64,000 nt of DNA from Candidatus Eiseniibacteriota bacterium (GTDB lineage Bacteria; Arandabacterota; Arandabacteria; Arandabacterales; Arandabacteraceae): positions 3,565-67,564 of the forward strand of contig JBDRNT010000151.1 in the NCBI GenBank assembly GCA_043810925.1, given 5' to 3'. Under the pieces are notes generated by a model. It was not told the DNA's origin, searched no databases, and saw nothing but the letters and a program-made list of their open reading frames with translations. Within the stretch, counting starts at the first letter, position 1; every line of letters starts with the position of its first letter. Made by a program: the position numbers and the translations under genes. Below, one piece after another: positions 45,646 through 55,801 of this stretch.

Positions 45646-46544
45646 CCCTCAGCAATCACAGGATTTGTGAGAGTCCCGATTCCTTCGATCGTGATCTCAA
45701 CGGTATCCCCGCTCTTAAGGAATACCTGCGGCTTTCTGAAAACTCCCACACCGCCGGGTGTCCCGGTCGAGATGATGTCACCGGGCAGGAGCGTCATATT
45801 CCTGGTCACGAATGCTACGATAGCAGCCGGGTTGAATATGAGATTGGCCGTTGAAGAGGACTGCATGACCTCCGAGTTGAGCTTCGTCGTTATCTCGAGT
45901 TCCGGAGGGTCTCCGATCTCATCCCGGGTGACGATACATGGCCCGAGCGGTGCAAAGGTGTCCATGCCCTTGGATCTGAACCACTGCTTCTCACTGAACT
46001 GGGCCTCCCGCTCTGTAACGTCATTCATGCAGCAGTAACCAAGTATGGCCTCGGCCGCGTCTTCCTCCCCGGCTCTACGGACTTCGCGTCCTATGACAAG
46101 TGCCAGTTCTCCCTCATAATCGACCTTTTCGGATCCCTTCGGGATTACAATGGGCTCACCCGGGGCTATCACAGACGTCGGTGCTTTGGCAAACAGAAGG
46201 GGCGCCTGCGGCAGTTTCGCCCCCTGCTCTTCTGCGTGATCTCTGTAATTCCGTCCTACGCAGATGATCTTGGGTGGCCGGGGTATCGGGGCCAGCACCC
46301 TGATCTCCTCGAGTGATGCCCAGCACTGAAGCGGTAGTTCCTGGCCATCGCGCAGGGCCTTGGTGAGTTTCCGGTGCAGTTCGTGTAATGCCGGAGTCCG
46401 GCCCGCGCTCAGCAGGCACAGCAGCCTCGTCGGCATCTCTTCCATGCCGAGATAGCTCGAGCAGGACTCAACATCGTACACGTTCTGATCGATCAGGATG
46501 CCTGCGCGTTCATCCGTATCCCTTGTATAGGATATGAGTCTCAT
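45642..46544 (-). CDS. fumarylacetoacetate hydrolase family protein
   Basis: 'KIICVGRNY.DHA.E', 'DYEGELA', 'NDVT.R', 'GDIISTGTPGGVG'. Confidence 0.93.
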   Translation of the reverse strand: MRLISYTRDTDERAGILIDQNVYDVESCSSYLGMEEMPTRLLCLLSAGRTPALHELHRKLTKALRDGQELPLQCWASLEEIRVLAPIPRPPKIICVGRNYRDHAEEQGAKLPQAPLLFAKAPTSVIAPGEPIVIPKGSEKVDYEGELALVIGREVRRAGEEDAAEAILGYCCMNDVTEREAQFSEKQWFRSKGMDTFAPLGPCIVTRDEIGDPPELEITTKLNSEVMQSSSTANLIFNPAAIVAFVTRNMTLLPGDIISTGTPGGVGVFRKPQVFLKSGDTVEITIEGIGTLTNPVIAEG

Positions 46545-46599
46545 GTCTCACACCTCCCGTGGATATGTCACTATCGGGTGTCTCCACAGACCCCGCCCG

Positions 46600-46696
46600 C
46601 GGCATCGCGAGCGAAGCATGGCGATCCGGCACATGGATGTGTCGTTGCGAGGCTCCGGAGGAGCCGCGGTAATCCCATCGTTACTGGCAATGACAG
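46600..46696. repeat. degenerate GTCATTGCGAG-type palindromic repeat remnants
   Basis: GCATCGCGAGCGAAGCATGGCGATC, GTCGTTGCGAGG...GCGGTAATC and GCAATGAC between divergent genes. Confidence 0.4.
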
Positions 46697-46748
46697 CACT
46701 GTTCGCCCTTTGTCGAGGTCATCAGATTTCCTATTGCGCTTTTGGCAA

Positions 46749-46777
46749 TTGAATTCGAGTCGGTTCTTGCTTAGAAT
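46749..46777 (+). promoter_or_regulatory. putative sigma70 promoter
   Basis: TTGAAT-17 nt-TAGAAT. Confidence 0.55.
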
Positions 46778-46823
46778 ATCCTCCAAGGGTTTGGGTTTCA
46801 AGGTCAAACTGGGAGTAGGCTCA

Positions 46824-47255
46824 ATGGATCTGACTGCCGATGACAGCATGTGTTTCATCTGTGGCCAGCGTAACCCCATCGGTCTGAAGATCAAATTCGA
46901 TGTCGATGCCGGGAATCTGAAGATCGAGGGTTCTTTTGTACCCCGAAGCGAGCACCAGGGCTACACCGGGATCATGCACGGCGGTCTCGCGTGCGCGCTC
47001 CTGGATGAGGCCATGGTCAAGGTACTCTGGGAATCCGGCATTACGGCAGTCAGTGCGTCACTCGGCGTCAGACTGGCCAGACCCGTGCCCATCGGAGAGC
47101 GGGTGATCATAAAGGGTTGGGTCACATCCCACAAGGGAAGGGTCTACAATACGGCCGCAAGGCTTGAGAACGAAGCAGGGACTGTTCTGGCTCAAGCAGA
47201 GGGCAAGTGTGTGCAGGTGTCACGCAAGGAGGGACGAGGTGTCAAGCCAGGTTAG
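46824..47255 (+). CDS. PaaI family thioesterase
   Basis: 'CFICGQRNPIGL', 'HQGYTGIMHGG...LLDEAM'. Confidence 0.9.
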   Translation: MDLTADDSMCFICGQRNPIGLKIKFDVDAGNLKIEGSFVPRSEHQGYTGIMHGGLACALLDEAMVKVLWESGITAVSASLGVRLARPVPIGERVIIKGWVTSHKGRVYNTAARLENEAGTVLAQAEGKCVQVSRKEGRGVKPG

Positions 47256-48189
47256 GAAGAAAGTCTCGAAGGTGCGCTTCGAGGACATAATAATGGTTGC
47301 CCGAAAGATTTCCACATCTCACAGGCCTCGTGTCGCCGTGGCGGGAGCGCATGATCCCATAGTACTCGATGTTCTCTGTGATGCTGCCGGGCAGGGTTTC
47401 GCGTCACCGTTACTCTATGGAGACGAGAGCAAGATCCGGCGCATAGCCGCGCGGAGTCGCCTGTCGCTTAAGGGTTGTGATATCGTTGATGTCCCCGATT
47501 CCACTCGTTCCGCACGCATGGCGGCGGAGGCGGCAAGCTCGGGCGAAGCCGATGTGCTGATGAAAGGGAATGTCACGACCGCGACCCTGATGAAGGCGGC
47601 TCTCGATGGCGACATAGGAATCAAGACCGACAGATTGATGAGCCATGTCGCGGTCTTTGAGTCTGAGAACTTCAAGCGGATCATGTTCATGTCCGATGGC
47701 GGCATAGTGATAGAGCCCGATCTCACACAGAAGGTAGAGATCGTCAAGAACGCCGTCAGGGTTGCGACGGCCCTGGGAGTAAAGACACCCAGGGTTGCGA
47801 TGCTTTCATGTATCGAGGTCGTTAATACCAAGATGAAGTCCGCAGTGGAGGCCGCGATTATCTCCAAGATGGCCGAGCGGGGTCAGATTCCGGGGGCGAT
47901 CGTCGACGGTCCCTTTGCCCTCGACAATGCCGTCTCCATCGAGGCTGCGAAACAGAAGGGCGTTAAAGGCCCGGTAGCGGGTCTCGCTGACATTCTCATC
48001 GTCGGACATGCCGATGTCGGCAATGTGTTCTACAAGACACTGACCTACTTCTGCGGCAAGCAGACGAAGACGGCCGGCGTGATTGTTGGTGGGATCGTAC
48101 CGATGGTTGCCGTTTCCCGTGCGGATACATATGAAGCACGCCTGAATTCAATAGCCGTGGCCTGCGTATTGTCGCAGCGCCCGGCATGA
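47239..48189 (+). CDS. ptb: phosphate butyryl/acetyltransferase
   Basis: 'LMKG', 'SHVAVF', 'VDGPFALDNA', 'GNVFYK', 'SRADT..ARLNSIA'; start approximate. Confidence 0.88.
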   Translation: MSSQVRKKVSKVRFEDIIMVARKISTSHRPRVAVAGAHDPIVLDVLCDAAGQGFASPLLYGDESKIRRIAARSRLSLKGCDIVDVPDSTRSARMAAEAASSGEADVLMKGNVTTATLMKAALDGDIGIKTDRLMSHVAVFESENFKRIMFMSDGGIVIEPDLTQKVEIVKNAVRVATALGVKTPRVAMLSCIEVVNTKMKSAVEAAIISKMAERGQIPGAIVDGPFALDNAVSIEAAKQKGVKGPVAGLADILIVGHADVGNVFYKTLTYFCGKQTKTAGVIVGGIVPMVAVSRADTYEARLNSIAVACVLSQRPA

Positions 48190-48203
48190 CGCTCCTTTGG
48201 TGC

Positions 48204-48232
48204 TTGACCTCGGTTCAGGTTCAATTTAGGAT
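48204..48232 (+). promoter_or_regulatory. putative sigma70 promoter of the polysaccharide cluster
   Basis: TTGACC-17 nt-TAGGAT. Confidence 0.5.
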
Positions 48233-48284
48233 TGATACCATGTGCGGAGAGTGGATTCACACCCAGTCATCAGGAGTGGCATAG

Positions 48285-49886
48285 ATGGGCAGAACGATGG
48301 TCCGGATCGTGTTCCCGACGTTGCTTCTGTGTGTTTCACTGTGCTCCGGTCTGCGGGGTCAGGGCATTTCCCGGGGTGGCGCCTCACCCACGGGCCAGAC
48401 AGCCGTACCACCCGGTCAGATGCCCGTGCAGCCATCCGCGGGTGTTCTCGAAGGTACGCTTGACCCGGACCAGTACATTCTGGGTGCCGGGGATGTTCTT
48501 GAAATAGGCTTCTGGGGTGACGTCAATCGCCGGGAGATAGTCTCCGCCAATCCCGATGGTGACATCCTCGTGCCACCCATCGGGCCGATCCGCGTCGATG
48601 GACTTACGCTTACCCAGGTCCGTGAGACCATCAAGGATGCGTTGGCCCCATACTATACACCCAGCATTCTATCCGTATCACTGGTCTCGATAAGGACTTT
48701 TCAGGTTCACGTTGTAGGTATGGTCGAAACCCCGGGAGCACTCGAAGCCAACGGGGTGACACGGGCCTCGCAGGTGATCGGGCTTGCCGGCGGGCTCCAG
48801 GCTGATGGCTCCCGAAGAAACATAATCATAAGACGGGGACCGGACACTGTTCCGGTTGACCTGAGCAGCTATCTGCTTCTGGGTGACAACAGCGCGAATC
48901 CCTTCCTCAGGGACGGGGACGTTGTCTATGTCCCCCCCGGACCGGGCATGGTTTATGTGTATGGAAGCGTATACAGACCAAGGGGGTATGAGTTTGTAGA
49001 GGGGGAGGTACTGGGCTCGTTGCTTGATCTCGCAGGCGGGTTCAGACCCGAGGCCCTGACCGACGAAATAGAGATCCACCGCTTCGACACCGAAGACCCG
49101 ACGTTATCCCGGGCGATATTGCTGCCCGTGGTGCCCGGCGAACTCGACAGATTCGAGATGATGCAGGGAGACAGGGTGTTCATAAGGGCCCTTCCCGGCT
49201 GGCATGAGGACGCGAAGGTGGAGTTACGCGGCGAAGTCATGTATCCCGGTGTGTACGTGATCGAGGATGGTCTGGTAAAACTGTCCGAGGTCATAGATAT
49301 GGCCGGGGGGTTTACCGAAGATGCCTCACTTGCCGAATCCCGTCTCATACGCGGCTCGTACGCATGGAGCACTTATCCCGTCGAAAGAGAACTCGGTGTC
49401 ATTCGGGACATGGAAGGTTCACTCGAAGGTAAGGACGGGGATCTTCTCAAGACAATGAGCAGGGAACTTAAGGGAGCGGTCTCGGTGAGTTTTGAGAAAG
49501 TGTTTGTGGATGACGGGACCGGTCATGATCCGCTCCTTTTTGACGGGGACATAGTGGATGTTCCTCGGGTTTCGGATTTTGTGCGGGTCGCGGGGCACGC
49601 ACGCAACCCGGGGTTGGTACCGCTGAAGAAGGGCGAGGGCCACAAGTACTATATCAAGCAGGCCGGAGGCTTTGCGCCCGGCGCGGACAAGGGCGGTACC
49701 AGAGTGATAAAGGCTGTCGGGGGACAGAGGGTGAGACCTCGCGGGGAGGATGTTCACCCCGGTGATATCATCTGGATCCCGGCGAAGAAGGACCGGAGCT
49801 GGTGGGATGTGACCAAGGACGTGCTCCAGATGCTGGCACAGATCGCGACCATCTATCTTGTAGCAGACACGGTGTCATCGAGGTAA
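48285..49886 (+). CDS. polysaccharide export protein with multiple SLBB domains (Wza/KpsD-like)
   Basis: 'YILGAGDVL', repeated 'V.G.V..PG' and 'AGG' SLBB motifs. Confidence 0.88.
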   Translation: MGRTMVRIVFPTLLLCVSLCSGLRGQGISRGGASPTGQTAVPPGQMPVQPSAGVLEGTLDPDQYILGAGDVLEIGFWGDVNRREIVSANPDGDILVPPIGPIRVDGLTLTQVRETIKDALAPYYTPSILSVSLVSIRTFQVHVVGMVETPGALEANGVTRASQVIGLAGGLQADGSRRNIIIRRGPDTVPVDLSSYLLLGDNSANPFLRDGDVVYVPPGPGMVYVYGSVYRPRGYEFVEGEVLGSLLDLAGGFRPEALTDEIEIHRFDTEDPTLSRAILLPVVPGELDRFEMMQGDRVFIRALPGWHEDAKVELRGEVMYPGVYVIEDGLVKLSEVIDMAGGFTEDASLAESRLIRGSYAWSTYPVERELGVIRDMEGSLEGKDGDLLKTMSRELKGAVSVSFEKVFVDDGTGHDPLLFDGDIVDVPRVSDFVRVAGHARNPGLVPLKKGEGHKYYIKQAGGFAPGADKGGTRVIKAVGGQRVRPRGEDVHPGDIIWIPAKKDRSWWDVTKDVLQMLAQIATIYLVADTVSSR

Positions 49887-49890
49887 ACGC

Positions 49891-51108
49891 ATGGAAGACA
49901 GTGTAAGCCTCACCCGGTTGGTTTATCTACTCTTTCGAAACAGAAGGGTGATCGTGGTCTCGACCCTCATTGCCGTTATTGTCGCAGGGGCCGTATCCTT
50001 TGTGCTTCCCAAGTGGTACAGAGCAGGAGCCTCTATCCTGCCTCCCGAATCCGGGACGGGGCAGGCGGACATAATCGGGATTATGAGATTTGCGGGTTAC
50101 CAACCCGCAATGATACCCACTATCACATCGCCATCCGAGATCTATTCAGCCATTCTCAAGAGCTACAGAGTGACGAATTCGGTCATAGACTCGCTGGATC
50201 TCATCGAGGCATACAGGGCAAAGACCAGGGTGAAGGCAATCGGGACGGTAGAGAAACACAGAGATGTGTCGGTATCCGCTGAGGGTCTCGTTAAGATCGC
50301 CTACGAGGACCGGGATCGAGTGAGATCGGCGGAGGTGGCGAATGCCTTCGTACGCGAGCTGGACAGATTCAACATGGAAGTACTGGTTGGCAGCGCAAAA
50401 CGCGTCCGGGAGTTCATCGAAAACCGGATCCAGCAGACGGTTGTAGAACTTGAGATTGCGGAAACGTATCTCAAGGAGTTCAAGGAGAGCACCGGTGCCG
50501 TCCTGATTTCGGAGCAGACCAAGGTCTCGATCGAGACAGCTGCGGAGATATACGGGAGGATCGCCCAGCTCGAAGTCGATCTTGAACGGCTGAGGCAGTT
50601 CGCAACAGACAGAAGTCCGGAGGTAATCGACATAAGGTCCCAGATCCGCGCGCTTGAGCGAAAGCTTGCCGAGATGGGATACATGACGTCAGATGAGACC
50701 GATGGCAGCGGCAGCAAACTGTTTCCCAGGTTCGATGACGCTCCAAAGCTTGAAAAGCGCCTGGGCGAGCTTATGAGGGAGGTCGAGATCAAGCGGGCGG
50801 TTTATGCGGTCTTAAGCGAGCAGTATGAGAATGCCAAGATTCAGGAGATGAAGAACACGCCGACACTCCAGGTACTTGACTGGGCCCATCCGCCTCTGGT
50901 CCGCTCGAAGCCGAGGAGGAAGGCCATAGTGGCTGTAACCGGCGTTTTCGCTTTTCTGTTGTCCTCGTTCGTTGTGCTCTCACGTGAGAAAAGGCATCTG
51001 GGTGCGGCGGCCCAGCCTGAGCGCGCGGCGGCTGAGATCTTCGAGATGCTGCGAGGCGATCTGCGCGCAATCGGTGGGTTTTTCCGGCAGAGGCCCAACG
51101 CTCAGTGA
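49891..51108 (+). CDS. Wzz/GumC-like chain length determinant
   Basis: Two terminal TM helices, coiled coil, 'QVLDWAHPPLVRSKPRR'. Confidence 0.85.
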   Translation: MEDSVSLTRLVYLLFRNRRVIVVSTLIAVIVAGAVSFVLPKWYRAGASILPPESGTGQADIIGIMRFAGYQPAMIPTITSPSEIYSAILKSYRVTNSVIDSLDLIEAYRAKTRVKAIGTVEKHRDVSVSAEGLVKIAYEDRDRVRSAEVANAFVRELDRFNMEVLVGSAKRVREFIENRIQQTVVELEIAETYLKEFKESTGAVLISEQTKVSIETAAEIYGRIAQLEVDLERLRQFATDRSPEVIDIRSQIRALERKLAEMGYMTSDETDGSGSKLFPRFDDAPKLEKRLGELMREVEIKRAVYAVLSEQYENAKIQEMKNTPTLQVLDWAHPPLVRSKPRRKAIVAVTGVFAFLLSSFVVLSREKRHLGAAAQPERAAAEIFEMLRGDLRAIGGFFRQRPNAQ

Positions 51109-51135
51109 GATTGGAGTATCTCAGACGGAGTTCCC

Positions 51136-52470
51136 ATGAGGACTCTTAGTATTGACTTCCCAAGGAGCCGAGTCGCACTCGTCGCGTTTGTTGTGTGTGC
51201 GTCGGTGCTGGTGGGCTACCTGTACGGAGTGGGGCAGACCGCGGTACTGGTCGCACTGGCCGGGATAGCGTTCTTTCTTCTGCTCGTAGTGGACTTAAGG
51301 ATTGTAGTTCCCATTCTGATCCCGCTTCTTCCCTTTGGACCCAAGTTCGCGATGTCCTTCGGGAACCTCTATCTGGCGACGATTGTGGTGATGGTCACGC
51401 TGGCCGCGTGGGTTTGGCGGGCCCCGCTGCTTGGCAGGCCCTTGAGCCTCCCCAGAAACCGTATCACGGATGGACTGGTGTTCTTCCTCGCCGCATTGCT
51501 CATCTCTTCGATGCAGGACATGACGTCTCTGCTTGCGAATACTCTTCATCTTCTGCGGTTCGTTCAGCTCTTCCTCTACGTAGGTCTGTTTTTCGTGTTT
51601 CTCCAGATGTCATTCTCGCCGCGCCGGACCAGGATGTTGCTTGCGCTCATACTCGTGGCGGGCATAACAGAGGGCGCGCTCGGGGCCTGGCAGTGGATCA
51701 GCGGTCCCGGATTCTATGTTTACGGAACGTTTGACTACGCGCACAGCAGTTACGCGGTTTACCTTGTGTTTATCATCTTGCTGGTTCTGGGTGTGGCGAT
51801 CGAGAGCAGGAGCAGACTGGTGATCGCCGGCTCGATCATCGCAACAGCCGTGATGCTCTATCCGCTCGCTTTCTCATTCAGCAGAGGTGCATATGTTGCT
51901 TTGGTGGGGTCAATTGCCGTACTGTTCCTGATGCCGTTTGACAAGAAGCGAAAAGCGATCCTTGCCCTCTCGATCACGGGTCTCGTACTCATCGTCGCTA
52001 CCCTCATGCCGCCCGACATTGTCGGCAGGGCAGAGACCATCATCTCAAACCTCACCGGAAGCGATGTCGGCATCTCCTTCAGCGGAAGACTCGGAATGTG
52101 GGGCATAGCCCTTGCCGATTTTGCACGTAGCCCCCTTGTGGGTGCCGGCACCTGGAGATACGGCTTGAGGGACAGTTTCTTCATGAAGATAATCGGCGAG
52201 GCCGGTCTTATCGGTCTCACTACATTTGTCTGGCTCCTCTATGTCATACTCAGATGTGAGTTACGCATGTTCAGGGCGGGGATCAAAGATGATTTCATCC
52301 GTGGGCTGACACTCGGCCTCTTTCCAGCGACTATCGGGTGTCTTGTGATCGCCGATTTTTCGATCGATCTCTTCCTCACCCACAGGTTCATGGGCACGTT
52401 CTGGTTGGTGCTTGCCCTGATGATAAACTACGCTCGGGGCGATGGCAGGCTGGCACATGTCGAAAGCTGA
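51136..52470 (+). CDS. O-antigen ligase/polymerase-like membrane protein
   Basis: Many TM helices; 'SFSRGAY', 'GRLGMW', 'PLVGAG'. Confidence 0.8.
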   Translation: MRTLSIDFPRSRVALVAFVVCASVLVGYLYGVGQTAVLVALAGIAFFLLLVVDLRIVVPILIPLLPFGPKFAMSFGNLYLATIVVMVTLAAWVWRAPLLGRPLSLPRNRITDGLVFFLAALLISSMQDMTSLLANTLHLLRFVQLFLYVGLFFVFLQMSFSPRRTRMLLALILVAGITEGALGAWQWISGPGFYVYGTFDYAHSSYAVYLVFIILLVLGVAIESRSRLVIAGSIIATAVMLYPLAFSFSRGAYVALVGSIAVLFLMPFDKKRKAILALSITGLVLIVATLMPPDIVGRAETIISNLTGSDVGISFSGRLGMWGIALADFARSPLVGAGTWRYGLRDSFFMKIIGEAGLIGLTTFVWLLYVILRCELRMFRAGIKDDFIRGLTLGLFPATIGCLVIADFSIDLFLTHRFMGTFWLVLALMINYARGDGRLAHVES

Positions 52471-53629
52471 CTGCCGCACACGGATTCTATATGTCGATAC
52501 AGGCGTATCGATTGCAGGAGGCCAGATAAGCCTGATTGAAATCCTGAAGTGTCTCGACACCGCCAGGTTCACCCCGGTTGTCTGCTCACCCGGAGGGAGC
52601 CGGATGCGCGCCGTGTGTATGGAACGTGGCGTGACCTGGCTGCCGATCCCTTTCAGATCCATCCACGTGTCTTCACAGGCGGGCGACCGTGTGTCGGGCG
52701 ACCGTGTGTCGGGGGGGCTCAAGGATGCGTTCGGCTCACTCTACGGCGTTTTCCACCTTGCCCGGTTGATCCGAAAACACAAGATCGACATAGTCCATGC
52801 AAATAACTTCAAGGCCGCCCTTATCGGCGGCGTGGCATCCGCGCTCGCCGGGAGGCCCATGATATTTCACGACAGAATTCATATCACCCACGGGGCCCTC
52901 GGCTGGTTCACCGCGCTGCTTGCCGCACGTATAGTTGTTGTATCAAGAGCAGTCGCGGCCAAACACGGCCGGTACATGACGCGAAAGGTGAACCTCGTAT
53001 ACGACGGGATCGATGTCGACAAGTTCACGGCCCGGGGCGAATCCGGGCAGACGAACCGCGTGTGCTATGTCGGGAGAATCAGCGAAGAGAAAGCCATCCT
53101 GAGACTGGTCGATGCGGCGCCCCTGGTTCTTGAGCATGTCCCTGATGCACGCTTCGTGGTTGCAGGAGAGCCTTTTACACCCGATGACGAGGCCTATCTT
53201 GAGAAGATCAGACAGCGCATCGACAAATTTGGACTGGCAGCAAGGTTCGAATTTCCGGGTTATGTCGATGATGTCCCGGAGCTCCTTCAAAGCATAAGCG
53301 TCTTTGCGTTGCCCTCAAGGAAGGAACCGCTCGGTCTTGTAGTGATGGAGGCGATGGCTCTGCGGAAACCCGTCGTCGCCTTCGATACAGGTGGTCCTCA
53401 GGAGATAGTAACCAACGGCGATGACGGTGTTCTCGTCAAGCCCGGGGACGTGGCTGCGTTTGCGGATGCGATAGCGGGCTTGCTTAAGGATCCGGGGACA
53501 GCATCACGGATGGGAGACAAGGGGAGGCAGACCGTAGTAGAGCGCTTCTCAAGTCCCATCTTTGTGGAGAGGATAATGCAGGTCTATGACGAGATCGCAC
53601 CGCCCTGTGCGATGAGGAATTGCCGATGA
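52457..53629 (+). CDS. glycosyltransferase family 4
   Basis: 'GRISEEK', 'EPLGLVVMEAMA..KPVVA'. Confidence 0.9.
   Translation: MSKADCRTRILYVDTGVSIAGGQISLIEILKCLDTARFTPVVCSPGGSRMRAVCMERGVTWLPIPFRSIHVSSQAGDRVSGDRVSGGLKDAFGSLYGVFHLARLIRKHKIDIVHANNFKAALIGGVASALAGRPMIFHDRIHITHGALGWFTALLAARIVVVSRAVAAKHGRYMTRKVNLVYDGIDVDKFTARGESGQTNRVCYVGRISEEKAILRLVDAAPLVLEHVPDARFVVAGEPFTPDDEAYLEKIRQRIDKFGLAARFEFPGYVDDVPELLQSISVFALPSRKEPLGLVVMEAMALRKPVVAFDTGGPQEIVTNGDDGVLVKPGDVAAFADAIAGLLKDPGTASRMGDKGRQTVVERFSSPIFVERIMQVYDEIAPPCAMRNCR
52681..52710 (+). repeat. 15-bp perfect tandem duplication (GDRVS x2) in the GT4 gene
   Basis: GGGCGACCGTGTGTC twice. Confidence 0.85.
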
Positions 53630-55800
53630 GCGCGCACCGGGTGACCATAATCGTCTTGAACCGGAACGCCCGCGATAGCGTAGCGGAGTGCCTCGAGAGC
53701 GTCCTTCAGAATGTCTATCCGGATTTCGACGTGATTCTTGTGGACAATGCTTCCGGGGATGATTCGCTGGAAATTGTCAAGCAGTGGGCCTCGGGGGAGG
53801 GTGAGGTCGAATCCAGGTTTGTCTCACCGGGTACGAGATCGAGGCCGGTATCCTGGAAGGAAATCGACGCTGATTCCTCTGAAGAGCCGGAGCCCGGCGA
53901 GCACCCATTCCTTACCATTATTGCCAGCAAGATCAATCTGGGTTTTGCCGGCGGGCACAACCTGGGGATACGCGTTGCCATCAGGAGGTCGACACGCTAC
54001 GTTTTGCTGCTCAACTCCGACATGGTCGTGGACGGGGACTTCCTCGGTCCGCTTGTCGATCAAGTCCAGAGTCCGGGAATAGGGGCGGTTGGACCCGTGG
54101 TTCTCGACTATAACGCAGAGAACATCATCTGGCAGGCGGGTGGCAGGGTCTATCCCGAACGAGGCTGGGCCAAGCGGTGTTTCGGAGGCCGGCCGCTTTA
54201 CGATCTCGAAGCCAGAGCTTCCAACGTGTCTTACCTGCCCGGTTGCTCCGTCTTGATCGACACGGCGGTTCTTGAAGCCATCGGCCCTCTTGATACCGAC
54301 TACTTCCTTTACTTCGAAGACACCGACTGGCTGACCCGTGCGCGCACCCTGGGGTGGAAGGCTGTGCTTGTGCCCGCATCGAAGGTGTGGCACAAGGAGA
54401 GCTATTTCGGCGCGCTGTCGAAGCTCACTTACGGAGCGTACTATTTTGCCCGGAATCGGCTCATTTTCACGCGTAAGAACTATCCCCGGTACCTCCCCGT
54501 GGCGCTTATCTGGAGCTTGAGGTACGGGATTCTGGACAACATCCTCAGACGAAGGTGGTCTGCGCTCGGTATGTCGCTTCGCGGTATGTGGGACTTCATA
54601 GCCGGCAAGACGGGAAAACGGGAGTCACTGTCCCACGAGGCAGGGGCGATACCCAATATGCTCATCTACAGCGTGGACTACAAACCCAGGCCGGGCGGAA
54701 TTGCCGAACATGCCCACAAGGTGGCGTGCCATCTTGCGAAGGCAGGTGCTTCGGTTGCGGTTCTTGCCCCGAGGTGGGGTGACTACCGCGAATTCGACCG
54801 GCGCCAGCCCTTTCCGACCTACCGCGTAGCGCGCATACCCGGGCTCGATTGGCTGTTCCACTTCTTCACCGCTTTTCGCATCATTGTAAAACACCGCATA
54901 AGTATCGTCTATGTAGCAACCGCGCATCCGTGTGCTCTTATCTGCCGGTTACTGAGGCTTCTGGTCCGGTTCGATTTTGCCGTGACCATCCACGGCCATG
55001 AGGTCGTATATTCCGCCGCGGGATCACGGCAGAGGGCAAAGGCGGTGCTCAAGCCTCTCCAGATCGGGGCCATAGGCAGTGCCGACAGGGTGTTCGCCGT
55101 GAGCGAGTTTACACGCCGGTCGCTGGTCGATGCCGGTGTCAAGGAGCGGAAGGTGACCACGATTTATAACGGGGTTGACCTTGAAGACTTCGAGAGCGTT
55201 GGAGAGGGTGCGGAGATCATTGAGAATCTCGGCATCGCAGGCAAGCGGATTATCCTTACGGTAGCAAGGCTTGACACCCACAAGGGTCATGATGTCGTAA
55301 TAAGGGCTCTTCCCTTGATACTTGAGAATATCCCGGACGCCGTCTATGTCATAGTCGGTGAGGGTGAGATGTCACTCAGTCTTCATGAACTCACGTGTAG
55401 TGCCAACGTCCGTGACCGGGTCGTATTCACCGGGCTTCTTCCCCGGACCGACGTTCTGGCTCTGCTCAAGGCATGTGACGTGTTTGTGATGGCGAGCCGG
55501 ATCGAGGGAAGCAGTGCTGAGGGTTTTGGTATCGTATTCCTCGAGGCGGGGGCTCTTTCAAGGCCCGTCGTGGGAGGAAGGGCGGGAGGCATTCCCGATG
55601 CCGTCGAGGATGGTGTCTCGGGGCTTCTCGTCGATCCCGGGGACCCCGGCGAGGTTGCCGCAGCCGTCACCCGTATTCTCACTGACCCCGAGCTTGCAGC
55701 CAGACTCGGCCGCCAGGGCCGCACCCGTGTCGAAGAGCGCTTCACCTGGAGCGCCGTCATCAAACGGATCATCGCAGGCCTCAATTCCATCGGCACTTGA
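53626..55800 (+). CDS. GT2-GT4 fusion glycosyltransferase
   Basis: N-half 'VDNAS.D', 'NLGFAGG.N', 'LLNSD', 'YFEDTD'; C-half 'ARLDTHKGH', 'EGFGIVFLEA'. Confidence 0.88.
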   Translation: MSAHRVTIIVLNRNARDSVAECLESVLQNVYPDFDVILVDNASGDDSLEIVKQWASGEGEVESRFVSPGTRSRPVSWKEIDADSSEEPEPGEHPFLTIIASKINLGFAGGHNLGIRVAIRRSTRYVLLLNSDMVVDGDFLGPLVDQVQSPGIGAVGPVVLDYNAENIIWQAGGRVYPERGWAKRCFGGRPLYDLEARASNVSYLPGCSVLIDTAVLEAIGPLDTDYFLYFEDTDWLTRARTLGWKAVLVPASKVWHKESYFGALSKLTYGAYYFARNRLIFTRKNYPRYLPVALIWSLRYGILDNILRRRWSALGMSLRGMWDFIAGKTGKRESLSHEAGAIPNMLIYSVDYKPRPGGIAEHAHKVACHLAKAGASVAVLAPRWGDYREFDRRQPFPTYRVARIPGLDWLFHFFTAFRIIVKHRISIVYVATAHPCALICRLLRLLVRFDFAVTIHGHEVVYSAAGSRQRAKAVLKPLQIGAIGSADRVFAVSEFTRRSLVDAGVKERKVTTIYNGVDLEDFESVGEGAEIIENLGIAGKRIILTVARLDTHKGHDVVIRALPLILENIPDAVYVIVGEGEMSLSLHELTCSANVRDRVVFTGLLPRTDVLALLKACDVFVMASRIEGSSAEGFGIVFLEAGALSRPVVGGRAGGIPDAVEDGVSGLLVDPGDPGEVAAAVTRILTDPELAARLGRQGRTRVEERFTWSAVIKRIIAGLNSIGT

Positions 55801-55801
55801 C

